Origin: Octopus vulgaris | Taxonomy: Eukaryota | DNA: 64,000 bases | Direction of reading: 5' to 3' | NCBI GenBank assembly: GCA_951406725.2 | Contig: OX597819.1 | Location: 27,280,001 to 27,344,000, forward strand | Shown here: positions 1 to 15,136 of the stretch, piece by piece | How the letters are laid out: each line of letters starts with the position of its first letter | How positions within the stretch are numbered: the first letter of the stretch is position 1 | The notes under the pieces: model-generated | What the model saw: the letters and a program-made list of their open reading frames with translations, nothing else | Told to the model about the DNA's origin: nothing | The model's database searches: none | Position numbers and translations under genes: made by a program

Positions 1-191
1 TGTCAAAGGGATTCCCGTGCGACATCAACATGACAATAGTTCTCTTTGCTAGAAGTTAAATGACGCAATGTTGAATTTTCTACTCATCCTACCGAATTTC
101 TTCCACTCTTCGTAGATATAATACATGCGCGTACATGTCTGTCTGTGTATCTGTGGGTGTGTATGTCGCGCATATACATACATATATATAC

Positions 192-282
<91 letters not shown>

Positions 283-594
283 GTTTTATGCTATATGGTA
301 ACACTATAAACAGTGGCTACAGATGGGAAAATACTTTCATTATAGAAGGAAGGCATTCATTTTAATTTTTTTTTTCTTGTAGTTAAAGGAATCGAAATAC
401 TTTGAAAGCAAAAGGATAGAAACATTTCAAATGAATGAAAAAGATGTAGAACTATGTGTTACTTTTATATATTTATTCATATATCTTATTTATTACTAAG
501 TTTTTTTTATTTATTTTTATCTTTTATCTATATTCCTTCTGCCCTTTTTTTTTCTTTACAAAGTTTCAGAATGAACGAAGTTTGCAAACTTGTA

Positions 595-650
<56 letters not shown>

Positions 651-740
651 TTCTCTCACTCTCTCTACTCATTCTTTTTATGTCGCTTTCTCATGAATAT
701 TGATTGTGTACATACATATATTCATACATGCAAACACGTT

Positions 741-831
<91 letters not shown>

Positions 832-996
832 CTCCTGTTTCTGAAAAAGAGCTTTGTTCGAAAGGTAAAACCACCTTTCTTTCCTTCCCTGAGCAACTGC
901 TAATACTTTGCATGTACCACGTGCTCGCGTTGTTGTTTTTTTTCTTGTGTTCGTTCTTCGTTTTAGGGGAATTTATATATATATACGCACACATGC

Positions 997-1051
<55 letters not shown>

Positions 1052-1563
1052 TACACATGCACAACCGTATATAAGCGAGTTTGTGAGTGCGTGTATGTTT
1101 GTGTATGTGTGTGTGCGTACGTGTGTGTGTGTGTATGGCTCTGTGTATGTTGTACTGATGTACGTCTATCTAAATACACACATGTAAAGTCATCCACACG
1201 TGGGTATTGCTTTGCTCGTCGGATTCACAAACCGCAACCAACACCAATACCACACAACCAGCAATACCCCACAACAATCACCACCACCACCACATACCAC
1301 CACCATAACCACCTCACAACACTACCATCAACACACACATGTACCGCCATATATACCACCGCTATCATGTATTTTATTTTACATGCTTGAACAATGAGTG
1401 ATGATGATTCTCGTTAACTTATGGCCCGCTCATCAATCTGTCAAACGGTCGATATATTTCGGGAGTACCCGTTTTATATTTAAACAGATGAAGTTCCTCT
1501 CCAGGGACTGAAAAATCGATTTAACTGTAAATAGTAAAACAATTCTTGAAAATTCTGCGGAAT

Positions 1564-1726
1564 AGGCGCAGGAGTGGCTGTGTGGTAAGTAGCTTGTTTA
1601 CCAACCACATGGTTCCGGGTTCAGTCCCACTGCGTGGCATCTTGGGCAAGTGTCTTCTACTATAGCCTTGGGCCGACCAATGCCTTGTGAGTGGATTTGG
1701 TAGACGGAAACTGAAAAGAAGCCCGT

Positions 1727-1772
<46 letters not shown>

Positions 1773-1992
1773 TGTGTGTGTTTGTGTGTCTGTGTTTGTC
1801 CCCCTCGCATTGCTTGACAACCGATACTGGTGTGTTTATGTCCCCATTACTTAGCGGTTCGGCAAAAGAGACCGATAAAATAAGTACTGGGCTTACAAAA
1901 GAATAAGTCCCGGAGTCGAGTTGCTCGATTAAAGGCGGTGCTCCAGCATGGCCGCAGTCAAATAACTGAAACAAGTAAAAGAGAGTAAAGAG
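1564..1992 (+). mobile_element. tRNA-derived SINE family A (internal (TA)n(TG)n), full length
   Basis: Head AGGCGCAGGAGTGGCTGTGTGGTAAG...GGTTCAGTCCC with A/B-box-like motifs, central microsatellite, 3' end GACTGAAACAAGTAAAAGAG; about 15 homologous copies in the window. Confidence 0.9.
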
Positions 1993-2079
1993 TATACCTT
2001 CTAAGGATGGTTTCTTTTTGTTTGTTTGTTTGTTTTTTTTATTCGGGGAATGGGATCTTTTCATGTCAAAGTGTAAATA

Positions 2080-2830
<751 letters not shown>

Positions 2831-2925
2831 AGATGTGAGAAAAAATGGCGAGCAGGACGCTTAGCAGAATTCTTTATGTTCCAAGCCTTTCATCCTTTGG
2901 TTATGGGCGATAAAATAAAGTTTAT

Positions 2926-3091
2926 AGGCGCAGGAGTGGCTGTGTGATAAGTAGCTTGCTTACCAACCACATGGTTCCAGGTTCAGTCCTACTGCGTGGC
3001 ACCTTGGGCAAGTGTCTTCTACTATAGCCTCGGGTCGACCAAAACCTTGTGAGTGGATTTGGTAGACGAAAACTGAAAGAACCCCGTCGTA

Positions 3092-3175
<84 letters not shown>

Positions 3176-3411
3176 TGTGTGTGTGTGTGTGAGTGTGTTT
3201 GTGTGTCTGTGTTTGTCCCTCCTACATCGCTTGACAACTGATGCTGGTGTGTTTACGTCCCCGTAAATTAGCGGTTCGGCAAAGAGAACGATAGAAGAAG
3301 TACTAGGCTTACAAAGAATAAGTCCTGGGGTCGATTTGCTCAACTAAAAGGCAGTGCTCCATTATGGCCACTGTCAAATGACTGAAACAATCAATAGAGA
3401 GTAAAAGAGAG
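2926..3411 (+). mobile_element. SINE family A, full length
   Basis: Close match to the copy at 1564. Confidence 0.9.
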
Positions 3412-3492
3412 GCTCAAGTATTGAGACTGATGTAACTTGTCCCTCCTTTCAAAGTTTCTCAACTTTTGCCAAAATTGATGAGAAATTATTTT

Positions 3493-3725
3493 AGGCAGCG
3501 AGTTAGAAGAATTGTTACAGCGCACCAGACGAAATGTTTCGTGGCATGTCTCTGGCTTCGAATTCAAATTTCGCAGAGGCCAACTTTGCGTTTCATCGTT
3601 CTAGGGTCGATGAAATATGTACCAGTTGAACACTGGGGTCGATGAAACCAACTAGTCCTCTCCACTACAATTTCAGGTCTGTACTTATAGTAGAAGGAAT
3701 AATTACTATTATTAGCTATTATTAT
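3493..3725 (+). mobile_element. SINE family C (Nin-domain-like), diverged
   Basis: Diverged version of the GAGGTCGACTTTGCCTTTCATCCTTTCGGGGTCGATAAA..AGTACCAG core; (ATT)n-like tail. Confidence 0.7.
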
Positions 3726-3816
3726 TAATTGCTGCCACCAAGCAAATTTGTTGAACGTTGGATATGATTAAAGAACATGGCCCGAGTGAAAGGGCGTATA
3801 CTAAATATACGTCTAT

Positions 3817-4000
3817 GCTTAGCGGTATTCCGTTCCTATTTGTGTTCTGCGTTCTAATTCCGCTAAGGTCGACTTCACCTTTCATTCTTTCAGGATCGAT
3901 AAAATAAGTACCAGTTGCGTACTGGGGTCGATATAATCGACTATCTCCTCCCCAAAATTTCAGGCCTTGTATAAGTAGAAGAAAGAATTATTATTATTAT
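3817..4000 (+). mobile_element. SINE family C, 5'-truncated
   Basis: Same core GGTCGACTTCACCTTTCATTC...GATAAAATAAGTACCAG, ATT tail. Confidence 0.7.
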
Positions 4001-4410
4001 TCTATGTTTGACTTTTGCTTTATATTTGTACAAATTGGGTCCAAGTCTCACCCATAGACCTCAAGAGACAACAGGTTGGAAGTTCATGTTGTTGTTATGC
4101 CTAGTGTGCCATATATTTGTTGGGTTTTTTTGTGTTGTACTAGTGAATGTCTAAAAAAAAAACACGAAAATTATGTTTGTTTTAAAACTTGAGATTACAT
4201 AGAAAGTATTTTGCGTAGGATATGAGCAGTTCCCATGAGCACTATCTTTTGAATTTCTGCCATTTTGGGGTTTCCTGGTATCTGAGTTAGGTAGCAATCA
4301 GCCCCTTTTGCTATCATTCCCAGGGCACCTATGACAACAGGTATTGTTTTAGTCTTCAGGTTCCACATTTTGCTGATTTCTATTTCAAGATCTTTATATT
4401 TGCTCAGTTT
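4001..4410 (-). mobile_element. R4/Dong-type (RLE endonuclease) non-LTR retrotransposon, 3' end
   Basis: 4410-4195 translates without stops as KLSKYKDLEIEISKMWNLKTKTIPVVIGALGMI...IQKIVLMGTAHILRKILSM*, the typical K..KY.DL / P.V.GALG C-terminus; (TAA)n/(ATT)n on both sides. Confidence 0.85.
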
Positions 4411-4441
4411 ATTATTATTATTATTATTATTATTATGATTA

Positions 4442-4500
<59 letters not shown>

Positions 4501-4510
4501 GTTATTGTTA

Positions 4511-4560
<50 letters not shown>
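4411..4560. repeat. (ATT)n microsatellite
   Basis: Seen directly. Confidence 0.95.
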
Positions 4561-4563
<3 letters not shown>

Positions 4564-4729
4564 CTTGTTCGACAGAGTAACTTCCCTGGAGAATGTAACA
4601 TTCAGATTTCAAGAACTCAGCAGAGGATTCGTGCAATTCCAAGCAACACTGCTTCCTATACATGCTCTATCATTACATTTAACCTTGTCTTTTCAAGCTA
4701 GTTTGTGTGCTTAGTACTTATAGTTTGCA

Positions 4730-5114
4730 GTGGAGGCGCAATGGCCCAGTGGTTAGGGCAGCGGACTCGTGGTCATAGGATCGCGGTTTCGATTCCCAGA
4801 CCGGGCGTTGTGAGTGTTTATTGAGCGAAAACACCTAAAGCTCCACAAGGCTCCGGCAGGGGATGGTGGTGATCCCTGCTGTACTCTTTCACCACAACTT
4901 TCTCTCATTCTTACTTCCTGTTTCTGCTGTACCTGTATTTCAAAGGGCCGGCCTTGTCACTCTCTGTGTCACGCTGAATATCCCCGACGACTACGTTAAG
5001 GGTACACGTGTCTGTGGAGTGCTCAGCCACATACACGTTAATTTCACGAGCAGGCTGTTCCGTTGATTCGGATCAACCGGAACCCTCGTCGCTGTTACCG
5101 ACGGAGTGCTTTCA
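4730..5114 (+). mobile_element. tRNA-derived SINE family B, full length with 11-bp TSD
   Basis: A box TGGCCCAGTGG, B box GGTTTCGATTCC; TSD TATAGTTTGCA at 4719-4729 and 5115-5125. Confidence 0.92.
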
Positions 5115-5499
5115 TATAGTTTGCAAGGGTCAGGAAAGCACTGCATACGACATTTTCGTAGAGCCTCCAAGACTGTTGGCAGAGAGAGAGAATGAATAAC
5201 GAACGGATTCTTATCACAGCATTGAAAGTGTCCGATGTACAAATACAGTGAACAAAACTGGCGACACCCAAACTCCAGGTGGTGGCATGAAACGAGACGA
5301 TGGATTATGAATACATCTCAAACAATGTATTCTACATGTTCGAATTCGATACATTTTGTTGTAACATAAACCGATGCATGTGTGTTAGTAAGGGAACCAT
5401 CCCATTCATCTCGGTGCGTATTATAGTCGCGCTGTTGATTATATGAAAACATCGCTATGGAATTGATACAACTGTTCTTTGCGCACATATGTGTAATCG

Positions 5500-5544
5500 T
5501 ACATGTATATATATATATTCGATATGTGTGTGTGGAGAAACAGC

Positions 5545-5614
<70 letters not shown>

Positions 5615-5630
5615 CATATATATATATATG

Positions 5631-5688
<58 letters not shown>

Positions 5689-5774
5689 CATATATATATG
5701 TATGTATATATATGTATATATATATGTGTGTATATATATACATATTGATAGATAGATACACAGGTATATATATG

Positions 5775-5805
<31 letters not shown>

Positions 5806-6976
5806 TCATGTATTTGTTTATGCATGTGTGTGTATCACATTTACACACAAACATACTTGTGTCAATAGCTTATACATGTACATCGATAAATATCTTGTTA
5901 CCATACATATGAGAACGCTACAGACCTTTCTTCCATGCGTGTATATATATATATATATACGCATACGTGCATGTGTGTGTTTATATATATGTATATATGT
6001 ATGCTTGTGGATATGCATGTATATATATATACACACACACATACATATATGTGTACACTCATACATACATACAAACAAACATACATGCATACATACATAC
6101 ATACACAAACACATACATACACACATACATACATCCACACACATACATACATACATACATACATACATGCATACATACATACATACACACACACATACAT
6201 ACATACATACACACACACATACATACATACACACACACATACATACATACATACATACATACATCCACACACATACATACATACATACACACACACATAC
6301 ATACATACATACACACACACATACATACATACACACACATACATACATACATACATACATACATACATACACACATACATACATACATACACACACATAC
6401 ATACATACATATATACATACACACACACACATACATACATACATACATACATACATACATACATACATACATACATACATACATACATACATACATACGC
6501 ACATTCATACATACATATATTTGTTTTCCTAGGATGAGTCTAATCTACTGTGACGAGGACATCATTCGCTTCTGAAAATGTGTATTAAATAAAAATTGTC
6601 ACCAGGGAATATGATACTGCAGTTCACACACACTCCATTATATATGTATGTACGTACGTAGGTACGTATGTACGTACGTACGTACGTACGTATGTATGTA
6701 TGTATGTATGTATGTATGTATGTATGTATGTATGTATGTATGTATGTATGTATGTATGTATGTACGTATGTATGTATGTGTGTGTGTGTATGTATGTATG
6801 TATGTATGTTTGCATGTATGTATGTAAGTATTTTTGTATGTATGTATGTTGTATGTATGTATGTATGTACGTATGTATGTATGTATGTATGTACGTACGT
6901 ATGTATGTATGCATGTATGTATGTATGTATGTATGTATGTATGTATGTATGTATGTATAATGTATAGTATGTAGAT

Positions 6977-7036
<60 letters not shown>

Positions 7037-7080
7037 ACCCACACGCATACACAGTCAGACAGACACACACACACACACAG
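5500..7080. repeat. Compound microsatellite field: (TA)n, (CATA)n, (TATG)n, (TAGA)n
   Basis: Seen directly. Confidence 0.95.
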
Positions 7081-7789
7081 AGATTAATAGATCCCACATA
7101 TTTTCACTCAGTGGTAAACCGCGACACTCTATGGCACAACGTGACAGACTAAATAAATGGATCAAATATTAAGTCGAACTTGACAAGTTGGAACCCCTAC
7201 ACCCTTTCCATACATCTGAGTTTACAACGAATTATATAATTTCCTATTCGTTAATGATCAATAATGCTGGTGAGATGTGTCCGTCACTGAATCTTATAAG
7301 ACGAGAGAGACAAAATTCCCCGTGGATAAGACGATAATCTATCGTAGAATGAAACTCACAACGATCATTACTTCTATAATGGTGGCGGCGGTGGTGGTGG
7401 TGGTGGTCGTGGTGACATTGATGATGGTGGTAGTGGTAGTGGTCGTCGTCGTCGTAATGGTGGTTTCGGTGATAGCGATAGTTATTGTCGTCGCCAGGAT
7501 GATGGTGGTGGTGGTGGTGGTAATGGCGGTGGTGATGATTGTCGTAGTTGGTAAGTAAAGAAAATTACTCCAACTTCAAATGTTCATTATCCTCCTTCCT
7601 GAGATATAGCACGATCCAGCGATGGGAATTAACAAGTATGGCTGGTACTTCAAATCGTGCAACTTTCATTAACCCTACCATGTTAGCTCGGTGCAGTTAC
7701 CTTACATCTGTAGGGACAAGCATGCCACCCTGGAGTGTTTGCTTTCAGGGTTGCTACTCGGTCGTTCAGTTTTAAATAACTTACCAATA

Positions 7790-8095
7790 AAGGACTCCCT
7801 TCGATCATGAACGACCAAGGGGTTGCACATAGAAAGTTTCCCTCTAATGTACAAGTCTGGACAAGGTTGTTTATATCAGCCTCCCCTCTTCACGCCACTG
7901 GTGTTATCCAAGGGAAAGGCAAAGGCCGATACAATTTGACACCAGTGACGTCACAGCTCATTTCTATAGCTGAGTGAACTGGAGCAACGTGAAATAAAGT
8001 GTCTTGTTCAAGAACGCAACTCACAGCTCGGTCCTGGAATCGAACTCACTACCTCATGATTGTGAGCTCGACGATCTAACCACTGAGTCATGTGC
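7790..8095 (-). mobile_element. tRNA-derived SINE family D
   Basis: Reverse-strand head CAGTGGTTAG...GAGTTCGATTCC and core TCTTGAACAAGACACTTTATTTCACGTTGCTCCAG; homologous to 41040-41340. Confidence 0.8.
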
Positions 8096-8099
8096 AAAA

Positions 8100-8275
8100 T
8101 CCGTGACGTGATACGAACCTTTGAGCGCCTGGAGATACTGCCCATACAACCCTTCCAGGAATAATGGGCGGAGATGGATGGATGGATGGATAGACGGACG
8201 GACGGACGGACAAATGGATGGATGGACGAACGGACAGACGGACAGACGAGTGGATGCATGGATGGATGGATGTCC
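8100..8275 (+). mobile_element. 3' tip of a Rex3/Expander-like RTE LINE with (GATG)n tail
   Basis: ...LEILPIQPFQE* followed by GGATGGATGG tail, same tail type as 40895-40920. Confidence 0.45.
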
Positions 8276-9259
8276 ATTGCTTACAAAAAAAGACGATTGG
8301 TCACGATATGAACGCTTTTCATCATGAGCCTGTTTAGTCAGGTTTGACAAAAAGCTGACATAGGTTCGACCTAAAGTTAAAGAGCAACCATTACTTTTTG
8401 CCGAAATATGCTTTATTGTAGGATTGGTGAAACCTGACATGCTAGAAAAAGCAGCCACAGCGCTCTTAAAATATACCCTACAGTCTAAAAAACTACTTCG
8501 GATAATGTGATCGTATATCCCCTGAATATGATGGAGATAAAACTAGATGATCACGGTTAGAAAGTCTTTCAAAATAGGTCTGCTCGATCAGAGTTGACCT
8601 GGGTTTTAAAAATCAGTGATTGCCAACAGATGAAAGGTTTCTGCGTGATCACCACCAACACCCCACCTAGGACAAGACCAAAAAGCATGCATGCACACGG
8701 ACTCATATACACACACATAATGCATAGGAAAAAAATACACACATGTCGTTAAATGAGGGGAAAGTCTCTATGACACACCACTACCACCAGATCCACCACC
8801 ACCACCACCACATCCAATCTGGGGGCGGGGTACGTTTCAAATTCGCTCAACCAGACGGCAGAACGTCGTAGAACATTAAATCTTTATGATGAAGAAGATT
8901 ATGATTGCAGAGATGGAAATATTTGTGGGTGGTAGCATAGCGTAGAAATGTTGGTGATGAGGGAAAGGAGTAGAAAGCGATGGGATGGGGGTTTGATAGA
9001 AGGAGAGAGAGACTGTTTATCATGATGAAAGTTGTGATGGTGGTGGTGGTGGTGGTGGTGGTGGTGGTGATGTCGCTGATGATGATGAGGATGATGATGA
9101 TGGTGACGATGATGATGGTGATGACGACGATGACGATGAGGATGATGAGAACGACGACGGTGATGATTGGAGGGAGAAAAAATAGCGAAATGTAGGCATG
9201 ACATGGGAAATTTGGCATTTCAACATTTTAAAGAAAAAAACGGCCCTTCCCAGTTCTCA

Positions 9260-9469
<210 letters not shown>

Positions 9470-9599
9470 GAGGGAGTGCAGCAAAGATGATGCTCTTGTA
9501 AGTCTGTCATTATTTTGGGTGGTGAGTGTATATATGTGTGTGTGTGTGTTTGATTGGGTGTGTGTATGTACACATGTATATAAATGTAAGATTTTATGC

Positions 9600-10072
9600 G
9601 TGTTTTCTTTCGGTTTTATTTAAGGTCTTCAACCCGATCGCTAACAAAGCGACAAACCTTTTTGAGCTAAGAGAGTTCCCGGCGGTTGAGCTGTTGATGC
9701 AGCTATTCATCTAAAGAATCTCAAATGGAGAATCTTTGGAATGTCTTGCCAACGTTCACTGTGCTGCTTTTAGACTGGATTTGAAGAATGCGCATCAGTT
9801 TTTTTTTTTGCTCTTTCTTTGAAAAACCTAGCATCTCTAAGGTTTTGTGCAAATTTGTAGGTACATAGCCTAATGCAACTATGACGATAAATGCAAATAA
9901 CAATTTATGATCAAGGAACAAGAGCTCTATGTTCGGCATTAATTCGCCATAAAGGTTTTCTTTTTTCCTGGACATTTGATAGTTCATTCACATTCGCTTA
10001 GTCAGCTGGCCTCCACAACAGTGTAAGACTTCTGTTCCCTGTCCCACAGAACAATATCAGATCTGTTTTGCT
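9600..10072 (-). pseudogene. Decayed RLE-clade non-LTR retrotransposon, 3' part
   Basis: Minus strand gives NRSDIVLWDREQK...VVE (PD..E-like motif), then KKENLYGEL...IVALGYVP...KTFQRFSI*; stops and frameshifts present. Confidence 0.7.
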
Positions 10073-10197
10073 AACATTGGATTACTATTTTTATTGGGGT
10101 ATTCCTCCAGTATTCTTTATGTATGTATGTATGTATGTATGTATGTATGTATGTATGTATGTATGTATGTATGTATGTATGTATGTATGTATGTATG

Positions 10198-10425
10198 TCA
10201 TTATTCAGTTTTATTTCAATATTTCTTGCCAATAGAGAAAGAGGCAAGTTTCGAACCTAGATCCAAGGCTCCTGCATTAGAATTTCAACATTGACAGGGT
10301 ATTTTGTATGTATGTATATGTGCAGATTTCTGTGTTTTGTTTTATGTATGTATTCTCATGCATATAGTTGCCTGTCAAGACAGGCTCCTATATACTTAAA
10401 TGATAGACTTCTGGAAAGTTTTATG
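10198..10425 (-). mobile_element. 3' end of the (CATA)n-tailed RLE LINE family
   Basis: Minus strand ends KTFQKSII*, then a 3'UTR with AATAAA running into (CATA)n; homologous to 15730-15940 and 26540-26660. Confidence 0.7.
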
Positions 10426-10444
10426 TATACATTGTTATATACAT

Positions 10445-10937
<493 letters not shown>

Positions 10938-10969
10938 AGTATGTATGTATGTATGTATGTATGTATGTA

Positions 10970-11357
10970 TGGAGGCGCAATGGCCCAGTGGTTAGGGCAG
11001 TGGACTCGCGGTCATAGGATCGCGGTTTCGATTCCCAGACTGGGCGTTGTGAGTGTTTATTGAGCGAAAACACCTAAAAAGCTCCACGAGGCTCCGGCAG
11101 GGTATGGTGGTGATCCCCGCTGTACTCTTTCACAACAACTTTCACTCACTCTTACTTCCTGTTTCTGTTGTACCTGTATTTCAAGGGGCCGGCCATGTCA
11201 CTCTCTGTGTCACGCTGAATATCCCCGAGAACTACGTTATATGGTACACGTGTCTGCGGAGTGCTCAGCCACTTACACGTTAATTTCACGAGCAGGCTGT
11301 TCCGTTGATTCGGATCAACCGGAACCTTCATCGTCGTAACCGACGGAGTGCTTCCCC
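10970..11357 (+). mobile_element. SINE family B, full length
   Basis: Matches the 4730 copy; flanked by CAGTATGTATGTAT on both sides (left copy expanded). Confidence 0.9.
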
Positions 11358-11530
11358 AGTATGTATGTATGTCATAAAATTCATGTTGACTCAGACTCTA
11401 TGTTTCGCCTTGCGCTTATTCAAAAGCCAAAAGTCCCTGTCAATAAGAATTTTATAATATATAAGACTGTAGTCTCAGAACCGAGTCACTCCATTAATAA
11501 ATATTCTTTAATTACTCTTATAGTCGCTTA

Positions 11531-11750
11531 AGGCTGTGAGCTGGTAGAATCATTAAAGTGTCGGACAAAATTCTTAGTGACATTTATTCCGGCTCTTTAC
11601 TGTCTGAGTTCAAATTCTGCCGAAGCCAACTTTATCTTTCATCCTTTCGGAGGTCGATAAAATAAGTACAAGTTGAACAGTGAAGTCGAAGTAATTGACT
11701 TAGAACCCCCGGTTAAAATTGCTGGCCTTGAGCCAAAATATGAAACCATT
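11531..11750 (+). mobile_element. SINE family C, diverged
   Basis: GAGCTGGTAGAATC head, TTTCATCCTTTCGGAGGTCGATAAAATAAGTAC core. Confidence 0.7.
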
Positions 11751-12689
11751 CTTTAGCTTGCTTTTAAACAATAGCTTAAATTTAACGTGTGTGTGTGTGT
11801 ATTTGTGTGTCATAACCTTTCTGGATATATTAAGTACTCTTCATTGTGTTCATATTATTGCTTTGCCAGCATAATACTATTCATTATATATTCTATTTGA
11901 ATCACTTGTTGTGCGGTATAAGCTTTCCTTGGATTAATTACTGGCGTCAAAAGACGAAAATAAGAAAGGACTGCGCAAATCAGGCGGAATAAATACCATT
12001 TACACCATTTGTATACAGCGAGAAATTTTCACCATGACAAAACACAGTGGATGGCTTTTTCCTGAGTTCGAATCCGCCCTAACCATATTTGAATTGGTAA
12101 TACCCTTGCATTTATTCACACCACTGTTTAGCGCTGCCACCCCGTAAATACTATAATGCTTTCTCGTTTATTTTTTTTATGCATAAATTAGCAATCTGTG
12201 TATCATACTTAAAGCAGATGCATCGTTGAAACCCCAATTTCATGCGCTGATCGCCTTGTTATAGTATCTCTTTGTCCATCGTACAAGTAATTCGTCCACA
12301 CACCGTCATTTTGTCCCTGTGTTTTAGCCATCCTATCATCCACTGCCACTTCGGATATTGTTAATATATAACTGCCACTAACTATGCCACAGGTCGAAAG
12401 ACCACGTATTATGAAAGGAGAAAGTAATCGAATGAATCGACCACCGCATGAAACTGGTATGAAGGATATTAATGTGGGCGGGACTGGCAGATGAATGAGC
12501 AGTTGAGTCTACACCAACAGGATTTGAACACGGAACCTACAGGAGAACAACAAAATGATACAAGAGGTATGTTTAGTCAAGGAACCTACTGCTGCTGCTA
12601 CTGCTGTTACTAGTATTACTGCTGATGATGATAGTGGGGAGGTTCATGGTGAGGATAAAGATGACGAGAAGGAGAGAAGGACGATAACA

Positions 12690-12739
12690 ATGGCATGACG
12701 TTGACGACTACGATGATGATGATGATGATGATGATGATG

Positions 12740-12773
<34 letters not shown>

Positions 12774-13065
12774 CGACGACGACGACGACGACGATTACGA
12801 CGACGAGGAGGAGGGGAAGAAGAGGAGGAGAAAAGGTAGAGAAGAGGGGAGGAAGAGAAGTGGAGGAGGAGGGAAGGAGGGAAGGAGGAAGAGGAGAAGG
12901 AAGGGGTAGGGAAGGGGAGAAGGGGGAGGAGGAAAAGAAGGGGAGAAGAAAGAGTAGAGGGAAGGAAGGAGGTAGAGGAGGAAGAGGAGCAGGAGGAGGA
13001 AGAGAAGAAGAAGAAGAAGAAGAAGAAGAAGAAGAAGAAGAAGAAGAAGAAGAAGAAGAAGAAGA
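12690..13065. repeat. (GAT)n/(GAC)n, purine-rich and (GAA)n tracts
   Basis: Seen directly. Confidence 0.9.
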
Positions 13066-14069
13066 GAATGCGATTGTTTTTAGCAACAGTAATTTTCTCC
13101 TTTTCTCTTTAATCTCAGTTAAAAATAGGCCAGTATGGCCTTCACATTGAATCAGCCAATCAGTTTGTTATTACAGATCGGTAATTTGTATAAAATAAAT
13201 GTACAAAGTAACAGAAAATATTTAATTCATTTGAACATAAATTAGTTGGGTTTCAAAGAGAAGTCATTGGTAGTATCGCCCCGTACAATGGATGGTAAAA
13301 TTCTTTGGCGGAGTTATGTGCACTCTTAGCATTCGCCAATTGTTTCAATAAATTTCAAACCAGTCAAACATAAGCGATTAGGTGAAGGGCGACAAACACC
13401 AGTGGTTTTAAAAACATAGTTGGCACTTGTTTCGCCGATAAAGCTAAAGAGCTAGCCTGCAAGAACAGCACGATTAAGGACAGGATTTACGAAACATATT
13501 CAAAAGTAGACAGTGCTCTCTTCTCCAAGTTCACAAAGCCATATCATCTCTAAGTTCACAAAGCCATATCACTTTCAGTTCTAGGACAAGCTTACTGCTT
13601 CCAGTACAGATGCTATATTAATTCAGGCAATTGCCTCTTACATTATCGTGTTGATGCCAGAGTGTCGCGGATACCTGCTGGCATTTTTAATGGCAGGAAA
13701 GTCTATATAATCTCAAACAATCCATGGATTTACCTCGACTATTTTTGCATGCATCGCAAATATCATCGCTCACTTTCAATGCCATCGCTATTCACAATTG
13801 ATCCCCACTTAATCCTGCCGAGGTCAACTTTAACCTTTCGTCCCTTCGAACAGATAAAAATAAGTACCAGTCCACGGTGATGAATTGGCTGTACTGTAAA
13901 AACGTCGTATTGGATGTCTCGCGGTATTTGTTCCGGCTCTTTGCGTTCGGATTTCAAATTCCACCATAGCCTCCCTGGGTTGTGGACTTGACCCCTTTTC
14001 CGATTTAACGCACATACCTGGCACCTTATGCATCTATAATGTGTCCACATGTTTGCAAGCGTTCGGGAC

Positions 14070-14313
14070 CAGTGGAGTAGCTAGAGTGTGTGTTGTCTGG
14101 AGCGGCCCTTCAGTTTGCCGCCCCCTGGCCCCCACAAAAGGTATATATTGCACAATAACCATATCGATTGTGGTGTCGGTGTGTCCCCATATTAAAACCA
14201 CTATTATTCGATTTCAATACAGCCTATAAAGACTTATAGCCTACCCTACAGTAGACCCAAAAGTGGTGCCACGCCCACTGCCGCCCTCTCCGCACCCCCT
14301 AGGTACGCTAGTG
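14070..14313. mobile_element. hAT-type MITE
   Basis: Imperfect TIRs CAGTGGAGTAGCTAG / CTAGGTACGCTAGTG; 8-bp TSD TTCGGGAC (14062-14069) / TTCAGGAC (14314-14321). Confidence 0.75.
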
Positions 14314-15136
14314 TTCAGGACAGGACTATAGTTTGTGGATACCTTCTTCCATCTCTCAGTCGAGGAGGTCATGTAATGGGTCATGATCTCCGCTTTCCTG
14401 CCTAAGAAATAAAAACAAAATACTGTCGTTGCAATTGGTAGGATGTTGATATATGCACCAGTTAATATACAAGCTCGTTTCCCTTGATTACAATTTGTTC
14501 AAATATATCAAATTTATATCTTGTCAAAACAACATTCCATCATCTTTACCAAGTTCTATCTGAAAGCAGCACCTCCCTATTCAGACTTGCCCTTTACGTT
14601 AAACCAGTCTCCATCTCAATAAAGGAATTAGAATTCCTGCTAACACAGGAGAAAATGTTGTTCACTGGAGTCAAAGAATCGTGAAACGGGAACTCAAATA
14701 ACCATGGTAAAAAGTAAAAGCTTGTGCTGAGATAAAATATAACAAATGAGCATTAGATACCTGCTCTAGTTTTTGTTTATACAAATAGATGAAAATCAGT
14801 TACTAGCTCAACAAATTTAAAAGTAGGGCTAATTCATAAACGTTAAATCAATATTAGTATCAGTGGTAAAGTCCACCGAGGTTGACTTTGCCTTCCGGGG
14901 CAGATAAAAAAAAATACCAGGTGTACACTGAGGTCGTTGTAATTGACTTCACCCCACCCCCAAAAATTACTGGACTAGTAGCAAAGTTTGAAATCAATAT
15001 TGGTATCAATGGTCAATTTTTAAAGAATAAAAATTAAACTTCATGCAGTTCTATGTCATCGATGTTACAGAAAATGTCCGCAATTTTCTTTTCCGATTGT
15101 ACACATCTAAAGTCAAAGAAGTTTTAAACGCAATAT

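Noticed and set aside
4731-4810. SINE heads as tRNA genes
   Set aside because: A and B boxes are present, but there is no complete cloverleaf and each continues into a SINE body
8290-8610. Old repeat with TGCTAGAAA.AGCAGC...GACCTGGGG.TAAA, echoed at about 33115-33270 and 51700-51910
   Set aside because: Probably an ancient SINE family, but too diverged to give reliable boundaries
13528-13572. Direct repeat AAGTTCACAAAGCCATATCA, two copies
   Set aside because: Simple local duplication with no further structure
13200-14700. Possible old LINE fragments in semi-unique sequence
   Set aside because: No convincing RT or endonuclease motif could be read
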